Shown here: positions 38,448-53,726 of the stretch, piece by piece
Layout of the letters: each line of letters begins with the position of its first letter
Numbering within the stretch: position 1 is the stretch's first letter
Origin: Octopus sinensis
Taxonomy: Eukaryota
Assembly (NCBI RefSeq): GCF_006345805.1
Contig: NC_043002.1
Coordinates: forward strand, 29,574,001-29,638,000
Direction of reading: 5' to 3'
DNA: 64,000 nt
Made by a program: the position numbers and the translations under genes
The notes under the pieces: model-generated
What the model saw: the letters and a program-made list of their open reading frames with translations, nothing else
What the model was told of the DNA's origin: nothing
Database searches by the model: none

Positions 38448-40989
38448 CAGAGAGAGAAAGAGAGAGAGAGAGAGTGAGTGAGAGAGACGCGAAGGTGTAT
38501 CTCCATACTTCGTGACACTGTATGTCAATCAGATTTCTATTTCGGAAAATATAATTAGATGTAGCAGGTTTATTACACTTGTAAGACGTTCCTCCAATCT
38601 TTGCTGTTTACTTATTGAAACAATCATAAGACATCTGGAAATATCTGATACATTAGCATAAAGCTAGGAGATAGTCGTGTCATAACCTTAATACATTATG
38701 TGTATCATTGACAAGCACAAAGCATTCCGCCATTTAATTTTTCATAAATTTAAATTTGGAATTTACTCCATTATCTTACTATTTTCGTTTCATTCCAGGT
38801 GAGAGGCTAATTGTTTATTTAATATATTGGGTCTACAATAATGTTATTGATTAAAGAGATTTTTGATAGCAAATATGGTCTACTCCTAATTAACTATATG
38901 TTCATTATGCAGAAGAATTCGTTGGAAATATTTTATCATTAATTTGAATTATTTAATCCTTTGATACTTGTTTGTTCGTTTTTCTTTTGTCCCCTAAATA
39001 TCTATATATTATCACTTGTTATATTAACAATTGGTAAATATGAAGGCGATAATACTTTGCTCAAGAATTCTAGTACGACCGAAACATATCAAAAAGTATC
39101 GAAATATTTGTCAAGAGTCAGATGCATTCTGCACTGTTACCCGCCTACTTTAACACAACTGATTTTCAGAGATGTGCCCCTTGTCTTTGGCTTGAATGAT
39201 CATTAGCGTTATGATTTCACAGTATATTACGTGTGTAACTTTAATTATTTAAATCTCCATTGTTTTCCCCTAATTAAATTAATTATGTAGCCTCCACTTA
39301 AATACAATTGGTGAAGGTCATTTTAGTAATTTTCATCCATAGATAAGTAACGAAACACTTACATAATCAGGAAGTCAGAGAGACAGACTTGTGAAAAAAA
39401 GTAACTAAATTCCTACTAGCTTAAAAAGGACATGATATAATTATTCTAGATAAACTGGCATGGCTGGAAAGCTGTGATAACAGGACTATTTAATTACTGT
39501 TTTCTTGGGGTTAAACAAGAACATTATCACATGCAACCACTAGTCAGTCACCGTATGTGTGCTAGAGTTCCTATTTCATATCTGACCCTGCTGTCATAAA
39601 AAATACTAATACATCTGATAACGTAATCTTAGGCCCACTATGTCTAAGAAAAAAGACAAAATAGTCACAGCTGGAAAGCAACTTGTATAGGTCTGATCAG
39701 TAAGGTTTGATCTCGGGTTAAATACTAACAACAGCTATTATAATTTTAGATTTCCTTCAGATGATTCTCTCGCAGGTTGAGTCACTACTTCACTTTAAGA
39801 CGTCAGAACTCCAGTACAACGCACATCATATTAGAATGCCGCAAGAAATGATCACAAGGCAGAACCGACCGACAGGAAATCGAAAGCAGCCAATAAGATC
39901 TCAGTTCGTTACATTTAGGAATCTAGCAGAAAAGTTTAATAATATCTGCTTCAGATCGGACTGTATGGATGAGGTGCCTTAACGACCCCACCAGAAATAG
40001 CAGGTAACGAAAATAAATGCGTAAATAGATGGGTTCTTCTGTTAATTGACATGTAGCTGCTTTAATCAATTTTATCTTTAGTTTTATTTTAGTATTTTTG
40101 TCTATAATTAACTCAGAATTTAGTGCAGAAAAGCAAGTTCCTATGAACTTGTAGACCTTTTTAAGGGTCTCAGTACCAGATATAAGGAAGCGACAGGGCA
40201 TGATATGCATGTTTATCACAGAATGAACTTTACCAAATACTCGAAGAACTAGTTCACGGTGTTGCTGGGCGATGGATGAAGTCTCCCTCACTAAGAAAAA
40301 TAATGTCCCGAACCTATCAATATGCTTAAATGAAATGATTTTTCAGTATCAGGCATAAATATCAACTCGATAGGGTCCAGTTCGAATTCAACTCAATTCT
40401 CTTGTATTTCCCTGCATGGCACTTGACATTAAATGATACTACTTATTTAAATTTTGGAAGTAAGTGACATATCTTCTGTTAGAAATGTTACCTAACGTTG
40501 ACTGGTTCTATATCCAGGGGTAGATTTATCACTTATCCCTGTAATTCAATGCTATGCCAACTGGATCTAAGTAGCGGACGTTATGAATTCTTCGGGGGGT
40601 AGACTTGATGTCATATAATTTATTTACACATACGAAAGATGACTCTTGTTGATATCTTACATTAAATCCGGACTGTAATATCTAATATTCACAGCTGAAG
40701 CTATGCAGTTTCTTTAAACGCTATCGTATTACAGCTTACAATATTGACTTTAGGAAAATATATATCAGATTTTTCTCTTAATATCACAGAAAAAACACGT
40801 GGAGTTTAGATTATGTGGCCTTTTACACAAGGCAGCCAAATATTTTATGTGTTAACAAATAGCAGCAACCAATGCCCTCTCAAATACCAAACATTGCAAT
40901 AAATGGCCAATAAATTCTTTGGAAAGTATGTGTGATACTCTCCAAGATCTCTTCCTACTTCTTCATTATTATTCTCAATCAGATTATAT

Positions 40990-41830
40990 TTTAGTGTTAC
41001 TGCCTACATATGTACTGATGGTGGCGAAGGTACAAGTAGTGGTGATGGTGGTGGAACAACTAATGGAGGGGTTGTTGGTGATGATGGTTACAGATGGGGT
41101 GATGATGGTGATGATAATGTTAGTGCTACTGTTGTGATGGTGATGATCTGGTGTTGTTGGTGGTGGTAATGGTGGTGTTGAGGCGGTGCTGGTGCTGGTC
41201 GTGGAAGTGACAGAGATGGTGATGTAAGAGTAGTGGTGTTGATAGAAGTGGTACGGTGGTATTAGTAGTACTGGTGAGAAAGACGATGGTGGTGGTGGTG
41301 GAGATGGTAGTGGAAGTGATGGTGGTCGTAGTGGTGGTGGTGGTAGTGGTGATGGTAGTAGTGGTGGTGGTGGTGGTGGTAGTGGTGATGGAGGTGGAGG
41401 CGGCATTGGTGGTGGTGAAAGCAGTGGAGATACTGTATTAAAGATTTTGGTTTGCTGGTAGTGGCTGAAATGTTAGTGGTGGTGGTGGTAGTGGTGGTGC
41501 TAAAAATGTTGTTGATAATAGCAATGATGGTTACTGCTTGTGGTGGAGAGGTAGTGGTGTCTTCTTTTCGTAGGGTTGGTAGTATTGTTGCAGTAAGGGA
41601 TGATGTTGGTGGCGTTGCTGTTGTATACGATAGTAGTGATGGTGGTGTCAGCGATGATAACAGAGTGGCGATCGTGATGGTGGTGTTGGTGGTGATGCTA
41701 AAACTTATGATAGTTTCAGATCGGGTGGTAATGGTGGCAGCGGTAGTAGTGCCGAGGTGGTGGCGGCGGTGGTTGTGTTGTGGTGTCGGTGGTGGTGCTG
41801 GTGTTGGTGGTGAGGGTGATAATAATACGT
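40990..41830. repeat. (GGT/GAT)n low-complexity region
   Basis: Degenerate trinucleotide repeat; ORFs are Val/Pro/Thr homopolymer-like. Confidence 0.85.
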
Positions 41831-43377
41831 AACAATCAAAGACTGGTTTGTCTTTTGGAGTGTTTCATTATTTTATCTCGTCGACTCATTCAATTTGGGC
41901 CGTGAGGGAGGGAGGAAGAAGAGGTAAGGAATAAGGAGGAGGTAAGGGCTGGAAAGGGAAATTTTATCTGAGACGAAAACACTGAAAGTGGCCATAAATA
42001 AGAACTGAAAAGTAAACAAAAATAAACAAGAAAATATAATCAATAAAGATGTTTTGCTGTTTCATCTCAGAGAAAACAAGAAAAAGAAAAGAACAAGTCG
42101 AAAGTTAGAGAATGGTGGTGGCGTGAGGGTGAGGGTGATGTTAAAACATTCCTTTGCATCGTTTGAAGATAATTCTTATCTAATCTACATGGGGAGGTCT
42201 TCTAGGCGATAAAAGTGAAACGAATTACGATGGAGGATAATTCATAGGAGAAAAGCTCGTTGATGATATTATAAAAAGAAAGTTGTTATGGCAAAGGTGA
42301 ATGCCAATACGAGAAAGTATATTTTGAGTTTTACAGATGATAATGGTGATAAAACAAGTCAACAAAGAAAAGTCTTTTCTGAATTCTGATTGGACAAATT
42401 TCGCTTATTCTGCACATGTCATTGGGGAAGGCATGAATGCCTTATAATAGCACTATACAGATTTCAGAATGTTATTGTATTCAAGATGGCCGGTCATATA
42501 CCATCATATATACTTACACATTATACACTTTACTTACTTTTATTAGGTATACATAGTGTGAAGGAAAGGGAAAGTAACGGATGCGCCATTTTAATATCTC
42601 TTCTATAAATATTGAGTTTTATTTTAAAAGAAATGATTAGAATTTACTGACAGGTTGAAAGAGAGGCAATGGAACAAATCCAACCATAGTTCCTGTCGGA
42701 AGCCTTTACTGCTTCTTATGTAATACGAAACTTAGAGAAGTGCTAAAATAACTTTTTAAGAATACGGCGAGGGAGATTAATGACCGTGAAAATCAATGTT
42801 ATTTTGTGACTTATCAATTGACAGCCTTACGTAAAAAGGAAACTCTGGCATCAATTTAAATTTATATAAACTTTTTCATTCCATTAATTCTTATGTTGCA
42901 AATGGGAAGTACATTCTTTGATGCGGTAATTGTCTCTGGTTTTTGGTATGAAGACTAAGATTCGTATTTTCACTCTCATCATTAATAGTACCAACTAGAA
43001 TTTGTACATTTTTCACTGTTAATTTAGGAGTAACAGAGAAACTTGTCCTGGTCCTCTCTTCACTTTCTCATTCTGTCCTATATAATTTCTAACTTTGTTT
43101 ATTTCGTCTTGTAATCAATATTATACGTAAGTTCTTACCATTTAGAGTTATACCATCCATCGTGAATATAGTTTTTATTGTAGTTCAACTCTTCTTTCAT
43201 TGACACTTCTCAGAATGTGAAGAGCATTAGCTATTACTTTTCCCCTCAACAAATACACATATTGACAGCTTCAAATATTCACTACTTCAGATGGGAAAAA
43301 TTTCAAAGAAGTTTAGTCAAAAACTGAGCAGATTTAAGTTGCTTCTAGCGTGATCAAATATATATAATATTTAAAAA

Positions 43378-43378
43378 A

Positions 43379-43413
<35 letters not shown>

Positions 43414-43416
43414 AAT

Positions 43417-43462
<46 letters not shown>
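43378..43462. repeat. (GA)n microsatellite
   Basis: Direct reading of the sequence. Confidence 0.95.
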
Positions 43463-43464
<2 letters not shown>

Positions 43465-44235
43465 AAAAGGATTCTAGGGGGATACATAGGACCCATCTTT
43501 AAGTTTGGTTATGTGGCCTGGAACATCAACAAACGAATGTAAAAGCTACTAAATGCTTTAGAAATGTGGTTTCTTAAAAGAATTATATACGTGTACTAAA
43601 CAACGCAGTAATTATACGATCACAGATTATCACCAGGTTTATCAACACTATAACCAGACAGCAGGCTCACTTCATTGTACTCTATAAGGGAAGAAATAGA
43701 ATCGAGCACTTTGTGAAAACCAGGCAGCTGACAGGATGAAGATATCATGGAAGACAACAGAAGATAATCGATGACTTTACTAGTTCGCTTCACAATGACT
43801 GATACAATTTAGTTAAAAGTGAGGTGTTAAGATCTGTGTAGGGCAGGAAGGTATGGTTGCCTATTTTTGCTGTCGACTATTTTTGCATAGCATATGAAGT
43901 GAGAAAAGAGACAAACTTGTTCAGCTATTTACAAGTGAGTCACTGAATGCATATTTTGTGGGCAATCATCTCTTAAAGGTTCGTCGTCCTAAAGGTCCAT
44001 CAACTGGATGATATATATAATCTAGTTTCTACAAGTATTTAATAGATTCAGCTGTTGAATTGAGACTTCGCAGCTGAAATAATTTGCTGTTTCAATAAAT
44101 CATTTGCAACTGATTTCTTCTAAACTAAAATTCTGAACAAAGAAAATTATCATGAGGTCTCTAATTACAAATTATGTATCTCTCAAATATTTGATTCTTG
44201 AGGAAAACTACGTTTGGAGTTTTAGCTAAGATATC

Positions 44236-44410
44236 CGTGTGTTCAGTGGTTAGGATGCTGCTCTCATGATCGTAAGATTGTAGTTTCAATTCTTCGACCG
44301 GGAGATGCATTTGTGCTTGAGCAAAACAATTTATTTCCCGTTGCTCCAACAAGTCAGCCGGAAAAAATTAGTAATCCTCCAACGGAACGCCACAGGATCC
44401 AGGGAACTGC
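44236..44410 (+). mobile_element. Family C SINE
   Basis: GTTCAGTGGTTAGGATG...GATCGTAAGATTGTAGTTTCAATTC...CTTGAGCAAAACA. Confidence 0.75.
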
Positions 44411-46769
44411 TTATTAGCGTATGGCTGGCGAAGTAACTCTGATCTATTTCGTCAGTTAAAATATCCACGGTAGGTAATAAGATTCTAATATAATTGTGTT
44501 CTGTTTCTTAGGCGAGTGGATATGATATTTTTGCATACGGTATTTACTTACTCCCGATATCTTGTTTGACTAATTAACCACAACTTTTATTATAAATAAA
44601 ATTATTTTACATGGCACAGCCTATCGATGCAAATATAACTTTTCTTTAAAATATAACTTTTCTTTCAACAACAGCGCTAAGGAAATTGGATAGTCGAAAC
44701 ACGTAAATGATCTAACAAAAACGTCTTTAAATACATACAAACTAAACTTGTCACAATTTATTTTTCTAACAGTATAAACAGTCAGTGTGTGCGCATGTGC
44801 ATAAATGTGTATGTGTGTTGGTAGAAATGTGAATGTATGTATAGATTTTTTTTGGCATAGAATTTCATATAAAATTGCGTGACGAAACTGAAACAAACAA
44901 TTGTGTCGTGGCTGTGTCATGATAACCATATAAAACAATCACGTATTGTTATAATTACATTTGTATTATGCAGTAATAGTATTATATACAGACAGCATTA
45001 TATACACAATCTATGAAATAAGCCATTTCTTTCTCACTGTGGCGTAAAGGCTGTCTTTATATTTCTCTAACTCTTGGCTTTTTATATGCTCATCTCTGAA
45101 TTTTTCTCCGATACTTGAATAAGTTGATGTATATACATTGTTAGTGTCCCTCTGAAACCAAGGAAAATTCTGTGGGCTATGCAATAGCGGTCAAGTATTC
45201 ATTTGTTTATGCTAATCAAATGTGAATTGCGGTCGTGTTTGTCGGTTTCAGGCGTCCGTCCATGTATTTTGTGTGTGTTCGATACTACGTTAAACCAATG
45301 CAGGTTGCTGCAGATCAACAGTCGGATAAAATGACGGAAAAATTATTCTTGCGACATCTAGGGAAGGAGACACAAATTTGATTTCAGTGAGATCTGAATA
45401 TAAAAAAAATGGCAAAGCAAATCTTACACAACGTATTGTTCGATCCTCAAACTATTCCGCTGTTCTGCCTTTCTAACGGAATAATATCAAATATCAAACT
45501 CATCATCATAATCATCACCGTAATCATCACCGTAATCATCGTCATCCTCATCTCACCATATCGTTATCATCTGGTCTTCCTCGTCGTCTTCATCCTCTTG
45601 TCGTCGTCATCGTCATCATCTCGTCGTTGTCATCATCGTCATCATCATCATCACCACCACCACTTTCACTTTCATAACTGAATTATGAATCTCTTCGTAC
45701 GACATTAGTCGTAGTCATCAAAGAAATTAGAAAACCGAGGAAGAATTGCAACTCAGGACACAAACATCCGGAATATCTATTGCAAGACCTATGGTCCAAA
45801 ATACCAAAGTCTCCACCAACACGCCATCCTTGATTGATATTTTATTTTCTGTCTCAGGAAATATAAAAATAACACTTTACAGCAGCTGCATTTGAAATAA
45901 AACCACAGAGGGCTGAAACAAATTGCTCGTTGAGCCATTATTACTTCCGAGGATCTGCTAACTAGGAAACATACGTGGCCTGGATTTTATTTGCTCCTCT
46001 CCCTCAAGTTGGATATAAGCTGAAGTGAAGACATTATGTTCTTTGTCTATCTCCATACCTTCTTGGAGGTTTTAGGTAAAATTATACTAATATGTCCATC
46101 TGTTTTAATTTAATTTAATTGTATGCATTTATGCAGCAGAGGCGTGCTCTGCATTTAAATTGATGTAATAGTTGCATTGTTCAATTAAATTGAGTCGCTT
46201 GAAACAGTCGTACGGCATTACTTCTACATACCACTATATGAGATATTCTGTACATGGAGTGAATTGCAAACTTAGTCTAAATTCACAGTGACTGATGAAA
46301 CCCAAACAGAGGAAACTGTAATCCTTCAGCTGTTGAGGTACGCTTGTTCTTTTAATGTCTTATAAACCCCCAAATCCTTTTACAACATAACATACATCCT
46401 ACTATACATACAAACATATCATTCATATATGCATACACACGTGCATACGAGCAATCACATATGTGTGTGTGCGAGTGTGTGTATATGTGTGTATGTGTGT
46501 GTGTATGTATGTGTGTTGGAATAACATGGTGCATATTACAAGGGAGACAGCCCTACAGGTTAAATGAAAGAAATAGTGTGAGATGAAAGACTATGTCAAA
46601 TTCTTTTGGTTCGGAATAGTAGATTCCTGAAACAATTTTCCAAATAATGTAGTCGAAACATTATCCTTTACTATTTCCATTCAGTGCCTTGATAGTTTCA
46701 CAGAATAACAGGCCTGGTTCTAGCAGTAGATTTCTTGCGATTTATTTTTATTTATTTCTCATTTTACAC

Positions 46770-46789
46770 TCTAATTATTATTATTATTA

Positions 46790-46823
<34 letters not shown>

Positions 46824-46954
46824 TTGTTTCTTTTTTGTTGTTTATTTTTGCTAATGGAAGAATTTCGTTTGATAGTGTTGAATAGTTAACTCCGGCATAT
46901 TTGATCACGTCTTCTCCATCATGTTGCCTGCATTCATTGGTTATTTGTTTTTAC

Positions 46955-46996
<42 letters not shown>

Positions 46997-47003
46997 TTCT
47001 TTC

Positions 47004-47055
<52 letters not shown>

Positions 47056-47150
47056 GTCTATCTATCCATTATCTTCTCAAAGTATATTAGTATTTATGTT
47101 TACCTATGTATGTGAATCTATATAAACATATTCATACATACAAGCATACA

Positions 47151-47184
<34 letters not shown>

Positions 47185-47424
47185 CGTGTCTATACATATA
47201 CATATATATATATATATGCATATATATGTGTGTGTTTGTGAGTAAGGCAAAATATTCTAACACCTGCTTGCACTATATACCCGTCTTTCTCTCTTTTCCT
47301 CTCACGCAAACGCATTTTAAAAGTTCTTCCTTGAATCTCCTTCCCTTATTATTATTCCTATATATATATATATATTATAATCACACGCATAAGTGTGTAT
47401 ACATATACAGATTTATGTATAAGC

Positions 47425-47482
<58 letters not shown>

Positions 47483-47865
47483 GCTATAGATTGCTAGTTA
47501 TATATAACTATTTCTTTCGCCACAGTCTTGTCCCCTAATAATTACTCACACACATACACACACACACACGCAGGCATATACGCTAACAACACTACCCACA
47601 ACTATTATACACTCATAATGTTAGAGTTATATTCAAAGTTGAAACTATAATACAACATCATTGAATAGGCTAAAATAAATCAAATATCATTAACCACACA
47701 CACATACACGCATATACACACACACAGACGCATACACCCACGCATAAACCCATACAAGCGCATACACAGACGCCCAAAATCAATCACTCATATATACTTC
47801 CATATATATAGAGGGAGAGAGAGAATAAATAGCCCGTGTGTGTATACACATAAAAAATGACTTTC

Positions 47866-47934
<69 letters not shown>

Positions 47935-48671
47935 TATATATACACACACATATATATATATATATGCGTGTGAGTGTGAGCGTGTGTTGGTGCGTGTGTG
48001 AGTATATATATATATACACATATATACATATATACATATATACATATATGTGTGTGTGTGTGTGTATGTATGTATTTGCTGCCAAAATAAACACCAATAT
48101 CAACACGGCAACAATAAGAAGATGAACATAAAAAAGAAAGAAAGAAGAAAGAAAGAAAGAAAGAAGAGAACAGAAAAGAAAATGCGTAAATAAATAAATA
48201 AAATGAATATAAATATTGGAACGAGCCTGAAACAAAAACAAGTTCTAAACCAAAGCATACGGTAGAAAGGTTGAGCGAGATAAATAGATAGACAGATAGA
48301 TAGATTTTGATAGCGATAGAATGAGAAATATATAGATGAAGTAAGTGAGATAGAGATTGAGATAGTGGGGAGAGGATGTGAGTGAGGGAGGAAGAATTAG
48401 TATGGTGGGAACTCATGTATTTATTCTCCCCATTCAGGAAGTGTAATTGAAAAAGTTGGCATGGAACTTCACGTTTGTTCATAATACTGGTGGCAAGAAG
48501 CTTTGATCTAGCAGGGCTGTTTTTACCATTTTTTAAAGCCATTTTTAAAAAAAAATCACACACATCCGCGCGTACACATACAGTCCCTCACACACCCGTA
48601 TACATACAAAAATACATACAACCATATATACACGCACACACACACACACAAACACACACATATGCATTTAC

Positions 48672-48705
<34 letters not shown>

Positions 48706-48710
48706 GCACA
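46770..48710. repeat. Cluster of (ATT)n, (CT)n, (TA)n and (CA)n microsatellites with short unique spacers
   Basis: Direct reading of the sequence. Confidence 0.85.
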
Positions 48711-49349
48711 AAATAGCTCTGTCATATATTCGCACTCACACTCTTTCGCTATTTTTTCTTTTCTCCTCTTCTTCTTTTCTCATTCCCTTCTTCTTGCTCT
48801 TTCTCTCCTCTTTCGGTCTTTCTGTCATTCGTCTTGAGTTTCGTTCTCTTACAGTTTTAGACTTCTTCCCAGGTGTTACACTTCTGTTCTACAATCCAAC
48901 TCCTTCTCCTCCTCCCCGTCCACCACCTCCTCCTCCACATCATCATCGTCATCATCATCGTTTTCATAACACCAACACCACAAAGGTGACGATGACCAGC
49001 ATCACCAGCCGCCCGAACACTACCATATCAATGCTATTACCAGCTCCACCACCATTAGATTCGTGTCCGGTTTTTTTTACGGACGATCTATTAGATAATC
49101 TGGCAGTAGATACCCCTATAGAGACAGGACAATAACGGCCAAGCAGAATACCTTTGAAAGTAGGACTGCTGATCAGGGAACATTTACAGCATCCTGCTTA
49201 CAGGTCTCAGAGGACCAGCCATATGCAATTCTCTAGTTCTCTAATAACAGCAAATGCAAAAAAATGAAAAATGAAAAAATGAAAAAAGAAAATCACTGAC
49301 TTATTACTTATAAAGTACAATATTTTGTGAAATTTTATTTGAATTTCTG

Positions 49350-49465
49350 ATCGGTCTTTCGACGAACCGTTAAGTTACGGGGACGTAAACACACCAGTAA
49401 CGGTTGTCAAGCGATGTTGGGGGGACGGGGACAAACACAAACACACAAACATATACATACATACA
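49350..49465 (-). mobile_element. Family B SINE internal fragment
   Basis: GAACCGTTAAGTTACGGGGACGTAAACACACCAG...TGTCAAGCGATGTTGGGGG. Confidence 0.75.
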
Positions 49466-49822
49466 TATATCATTATTATACACGGATATATTCGTTCTAG
49501 AGTCTGTATATTGCTTGATATACGCACAAATTTCGATAGTTGTCCTCGCCGGCTTTCTTCTGGTGCCTGTTTAATTCGCCGATATTCACGGAATTTCGAG
49601 CTGTGCCGTTAATTAAATCTACACTGGACAGATAGTTCTTATTTTGGTATCCGTTACAAGGGGATTCTTTTTCTACTAGATAGTGTACTATATATGATTT
49701 TATTTGCTATTCATCTAACTGAAAGTTTCTCCCACAGAAATTAAGCCCTAGATCGCTAAAACTTCAATAAGACTTATATTCACTATTAGTTTAACTAACG
49801 GACATGATCCCATTAATAGTAT

Positions 49823-50168
49823 ATCCTTTTATTCTTTTCAGTCATTTGACTGTGGCCATGCTGGAGCACCGCCTTTAGTCGAACAAATCGACCCCAGTAC
49901 TTATTATATCGGTCTCTTTTGCCAAACCGCTAGGTTATGGCTGTCAAGCGATGTTGGGGGACAAACACAAACACACAAACATATACATACATACATATAT
50001 ATATGACGGGCTTCTTTCAGTTTCCGTCTACCATATCCATTCACAAGGCTTTGGTCGCCAGAGGCTATAGTAGAAGACACTTGCCCACGGTACCATGCAG
50101 TGGGATTGAATCCGGAACCATGTGGTTGGTAAGGAAGCTACTTACCACACAGCCACTCTTGCGCCTAT
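49823..50168 (-). mobile_element. Family B SINE, near full length
   Basis: Homologous to 37837-38320 with a short internal deletion. Confidence 0.88.
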
Positions 50169-50312
50169 GTATAGTTTATATTATAAACATCTATAATTAT
50201 TTCTGTTACTAGTTTCACTATAAAAGGAATTTTGTCAAATATATAGTTTCCAGGAGTTTGTATCTTATTTTCTCGACCTCATACTGTGAATAGCAAAGAA
50301 CTTCCTTTCAAA

Positions 50313-50532
50313 TACGAGAAGGTGCTGAAAAGTTCCTGACCAAAAGATTATAGCGAAAGGCTTGGCTGGAGGCCCAAACTTCCGAGTTCTTTTACAGCGC
50401 TTACAAAACTGAAGGACCGCTGCAATATGTGTGTGAATCTGAGAGGGGAATATGTTCAATAAAATCTTAATTAACTGTTCCTACTTTATTTTCTTTTACC
50501 CAAAGCCAGGAACTTTTCAGCACACCCTCGTC
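50313..50532 (+). mobile_element. Mariner-derived MITE
   Basis: TIRs TACGAGAAGGTGCTGAAAAGTTCCTG and CAGGAACTTTTCAGCACACCCTCG; interior encodes KLKDRCNMCVNLRGEYVQ*, like a mariner transposase C-terminus. Confidence 0.85.
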
Positions 50533-51246
50533 GATTTTTATAAAAGACAATGTTCTAAGGCAGGCAAACTTAATGCTGTGAATGTTCTTAAATAGTTGAG
50601 AGTTGATAAATGCAGGAAAAGCACGGAGAAGGATTAAATTCTAGGGGATTGGCAGATGGAGTACAGTGGTTACTGAGGGATGGTTGTTGTAATACGGGTA
50701 AAGAAAAGACGGGAGACTATTGAGGTACCTGAGTTAGAAGCCAGTTCCGGAAAGCAGAACTCACTGTATATGTTAAAGAAAAAACAGTGTCGTGAAACAG
50801 CATGTCTGACAGTGAAATACACGATTCCAATCAGTTGCACAGAACGGAACCAAGTCATACGAAGTAATGTGGTCTTCGGTTTTGCTGAAACTGCTATTCA
50901 ATACCTGCACACATGCATACACATACGCACATATATGAGTAGGTGGAATACAAACACCATTCATGATCTTGCTACGGCATTGAAGGAATAAAATACTGAT
51001 ATTTCGCGTTATATTACTTCAAGTATAAAATGTGTTGTTATTTCTCTCGTACCTCTTCAGCATTTCAAATTGCATCTGTCCGTCCGTCCGTCCGTCCCTC
51101 CATCTCCCTATATATATATATATACATATATATATTGATAGAAATGGCAAGACAACAAAAGAATGAAATAGACCTCGATGTTACGTAAATAGAGGAATTT
51201 ATCTGTAAATATATGTGACAATTATTCGGTAGCCATGATAATCGTC

Positions 51247-51352
<106 letters not shown>

Positions 51353-51396
51353 TGTGTGAGAGAGAAAGAGAGAGAAAGTGAGACAGACAGACAGGC

Positions 51397-51429
<33 letters not shown>

Positions 51430-51462
51430 TATATATAGATAGATAGATATAAAATACATGCG

Positions 51463-51706
51463 TCCTTGTAAAGCCTAGCCAGGCTCATGGGTCCGGTTTC
51501 CCGGTTTCAATGGCGTATTCGTTCCCCAGCTGGTTGGAACGCCAGTCCATCGCAGCGTTACACATTTTTGCCAGCTGAGTGGACTGCAGCAACGTGAAAT
51601 GAAGTGTTTTGCTCAAGAACACAACGTGTCGCCCGGTCCAGGAATTGAAACCACAATCTTACGATCATGATGCGGACACCCTAATCACTAAGCCACGCAC
51701 CTCCAC
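51463..51706 (-). mobile_element. Family C tRNA-derived SINE, full length
   Basis: Sense strand shows A-box-like TGGCTTAGTGA and B-box-like GGTTTCAATTCC. Confidence 0.88.
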
Positions 51707-51942
51707 AAGATAGATAGATATGTATATATACATATGTATATAATTGATAGATATATATAAGTCCTCTTTATATAAACTTGATTAGCATAAGAAACCTTTA
51801 CCCGGGATTGAACCCACAGAAAAGGCAGGGAATGACTGCTGCAGCGTTATAGAATTTTGAATCTAGCTTTATGTTTTTTTATTTGTTTAAGAAACTAAAG
51901 TGAACCAAGTAAAGAAAAGAAGAAATCATAAATGAAACCCAT

Positions 51943-51984
<42 letters not shown>

Positions 51985-52013
51985 ACTACTACTACTACTA
52001 CTACTACTACTAC
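51943..52013. repeat. (ACT)n microsatellite
   Basis: Direct reading of the sequence. Confidence 0.95.
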
Positions 52014-52439
52014 ATTATATGAGACTTGAGTCGCAAATGCCAGTATGACAAATATGTAGAATGAGGAAACTTCTAGATTATCCAGATGTCGTCAAGATCA
52101 AAGCGGAAAAAACCTAACAGACAAAAAGAAAAATTAGAAAAATATAAGAAGGAATAGAGAACGTTAAATAGACGGGAACAACATTGATGATGAAATCTAG
52201 ATGTTTGGCATGGATAGCAAGATGGGGAGAGAGGCACTTAGCAAAATGGCATCTTTGCAAAGGGCTACCAGGTGGTGTCCTTGAATGGAGTTTGAGAAGA
52301 GTGGAAGAGCAGAGGCGACCCCGAGTTTATGTCATCACGGGTTAGTTGCAAAGATAGCTGATCGCATTCTTGTATGAGATAAATTATACGGCTTGTTGAC
52401 TCAACACGCCGGTATGCGCTATGGTTCTGTCTAATAATG

Positions 52440-52599
52440 TAGATATGATACACATGCAAACACACACACACATGATATATATGTCTATATATATGATGTA
52501 TAGACAATATATGTGAATATGTATATACATATATATAAGTTCCTGTGTGTATGTATGTATGTATGTATGTATGTATGTATGTATGTATCTATCTATCTA

Positions 52600-52645
<46 letters not shown>

Positions 52646-52715
52646 GTGTGTGTGTGTGTGTGTGTATGTGTGTGTATGTGTGTGTGGGGGATACACACAC
52701 AAACATTAATACATT

Positions 52716-52752
<37 letters not shown>

Positions 52753-53287
52753 CTTATATATGCGTGTATGACTCTTAATGCTTTCGAGTGAAATTACGCA
52801 CTAGTATGATATATACATTCATATATATATATATGTGTGTGTGTGTTTGTGTGTGTGTGTACGTAAGCATGTGTGTATATAATTACACACATGCTTACGT
52901 ACACATGCTTACGTATATATATATACGTATACATATATACGTATACATATATACGTATACATGTATACGTATACATATATACGTATATATATACGTATAC
53001 ATATATATATATATACATATATATACGTACTCACGTACATTATACATCAACACACAAACATAGCCAAGCACATTATTTGTGCACACATGTGCTTGTTCGG
53101 TTGTATTTCCATATGCTTATATACTTATGCATAGAAATAAATAGACTTACACGTTTAGTTACATACTTGTATACTTATAATAATTATCTACTTGTTAGTT
53201 CAGATACCCACCTCCCCCCTCTCATTTTACTCCCCACCTTCTTTCTCTCTACCACTTCCACTATCTCTCAAGTTATGTATATATATG

Positions 53288-53374
<87 letters not shown>

Positions 53375-53430
53375 ATGTATATATAATGTACATGCACATT
53401 TACATATATATGTGTATATCAGTCTTTATT

Positions 53431-53468
<38 letters not shown>

Positions 53469-53520
53469 ACTATACATGTTTGCGTGTGAATATGTATGTT
53501 TATATATGTGTGCGTATGTG
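52440..53520. repeat. Compound (TA)/(TG)/(TACG) microsatellite field
   Basis: Direct reading of the sequence. Confidence 0.9.
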
Positions 53521-53726
53521 TGTGACATTCGATATCTCTTCCACATTTATTATGACGTCAGTTAATGCTCTTTTAATCCTTCGCTGGTTCCAGGCAGTTA
53601 GCTCTGGCTATGATAGGTTACATTCACTAACCGTATGTATTCATTTATCAATGCTAAATATAATTTAATATACACCCTACGGATAACGGGTCTGACATAT
53701 CACTAATTTTGTTGATTAAAGTGGAC

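Noticed and set aside
40984-41832. Pro/Thr-rich and Val-rich ORFs suggesting extensin or mucin
   Set aside because: Degenerate (GGT)n repeat open on both strands, with no domain or splice support.
52050-52350. Possible very old RTE C-terminal remnant (MKSRCLAW...RRPR)
   Set aside because: Similarity too weak to call.
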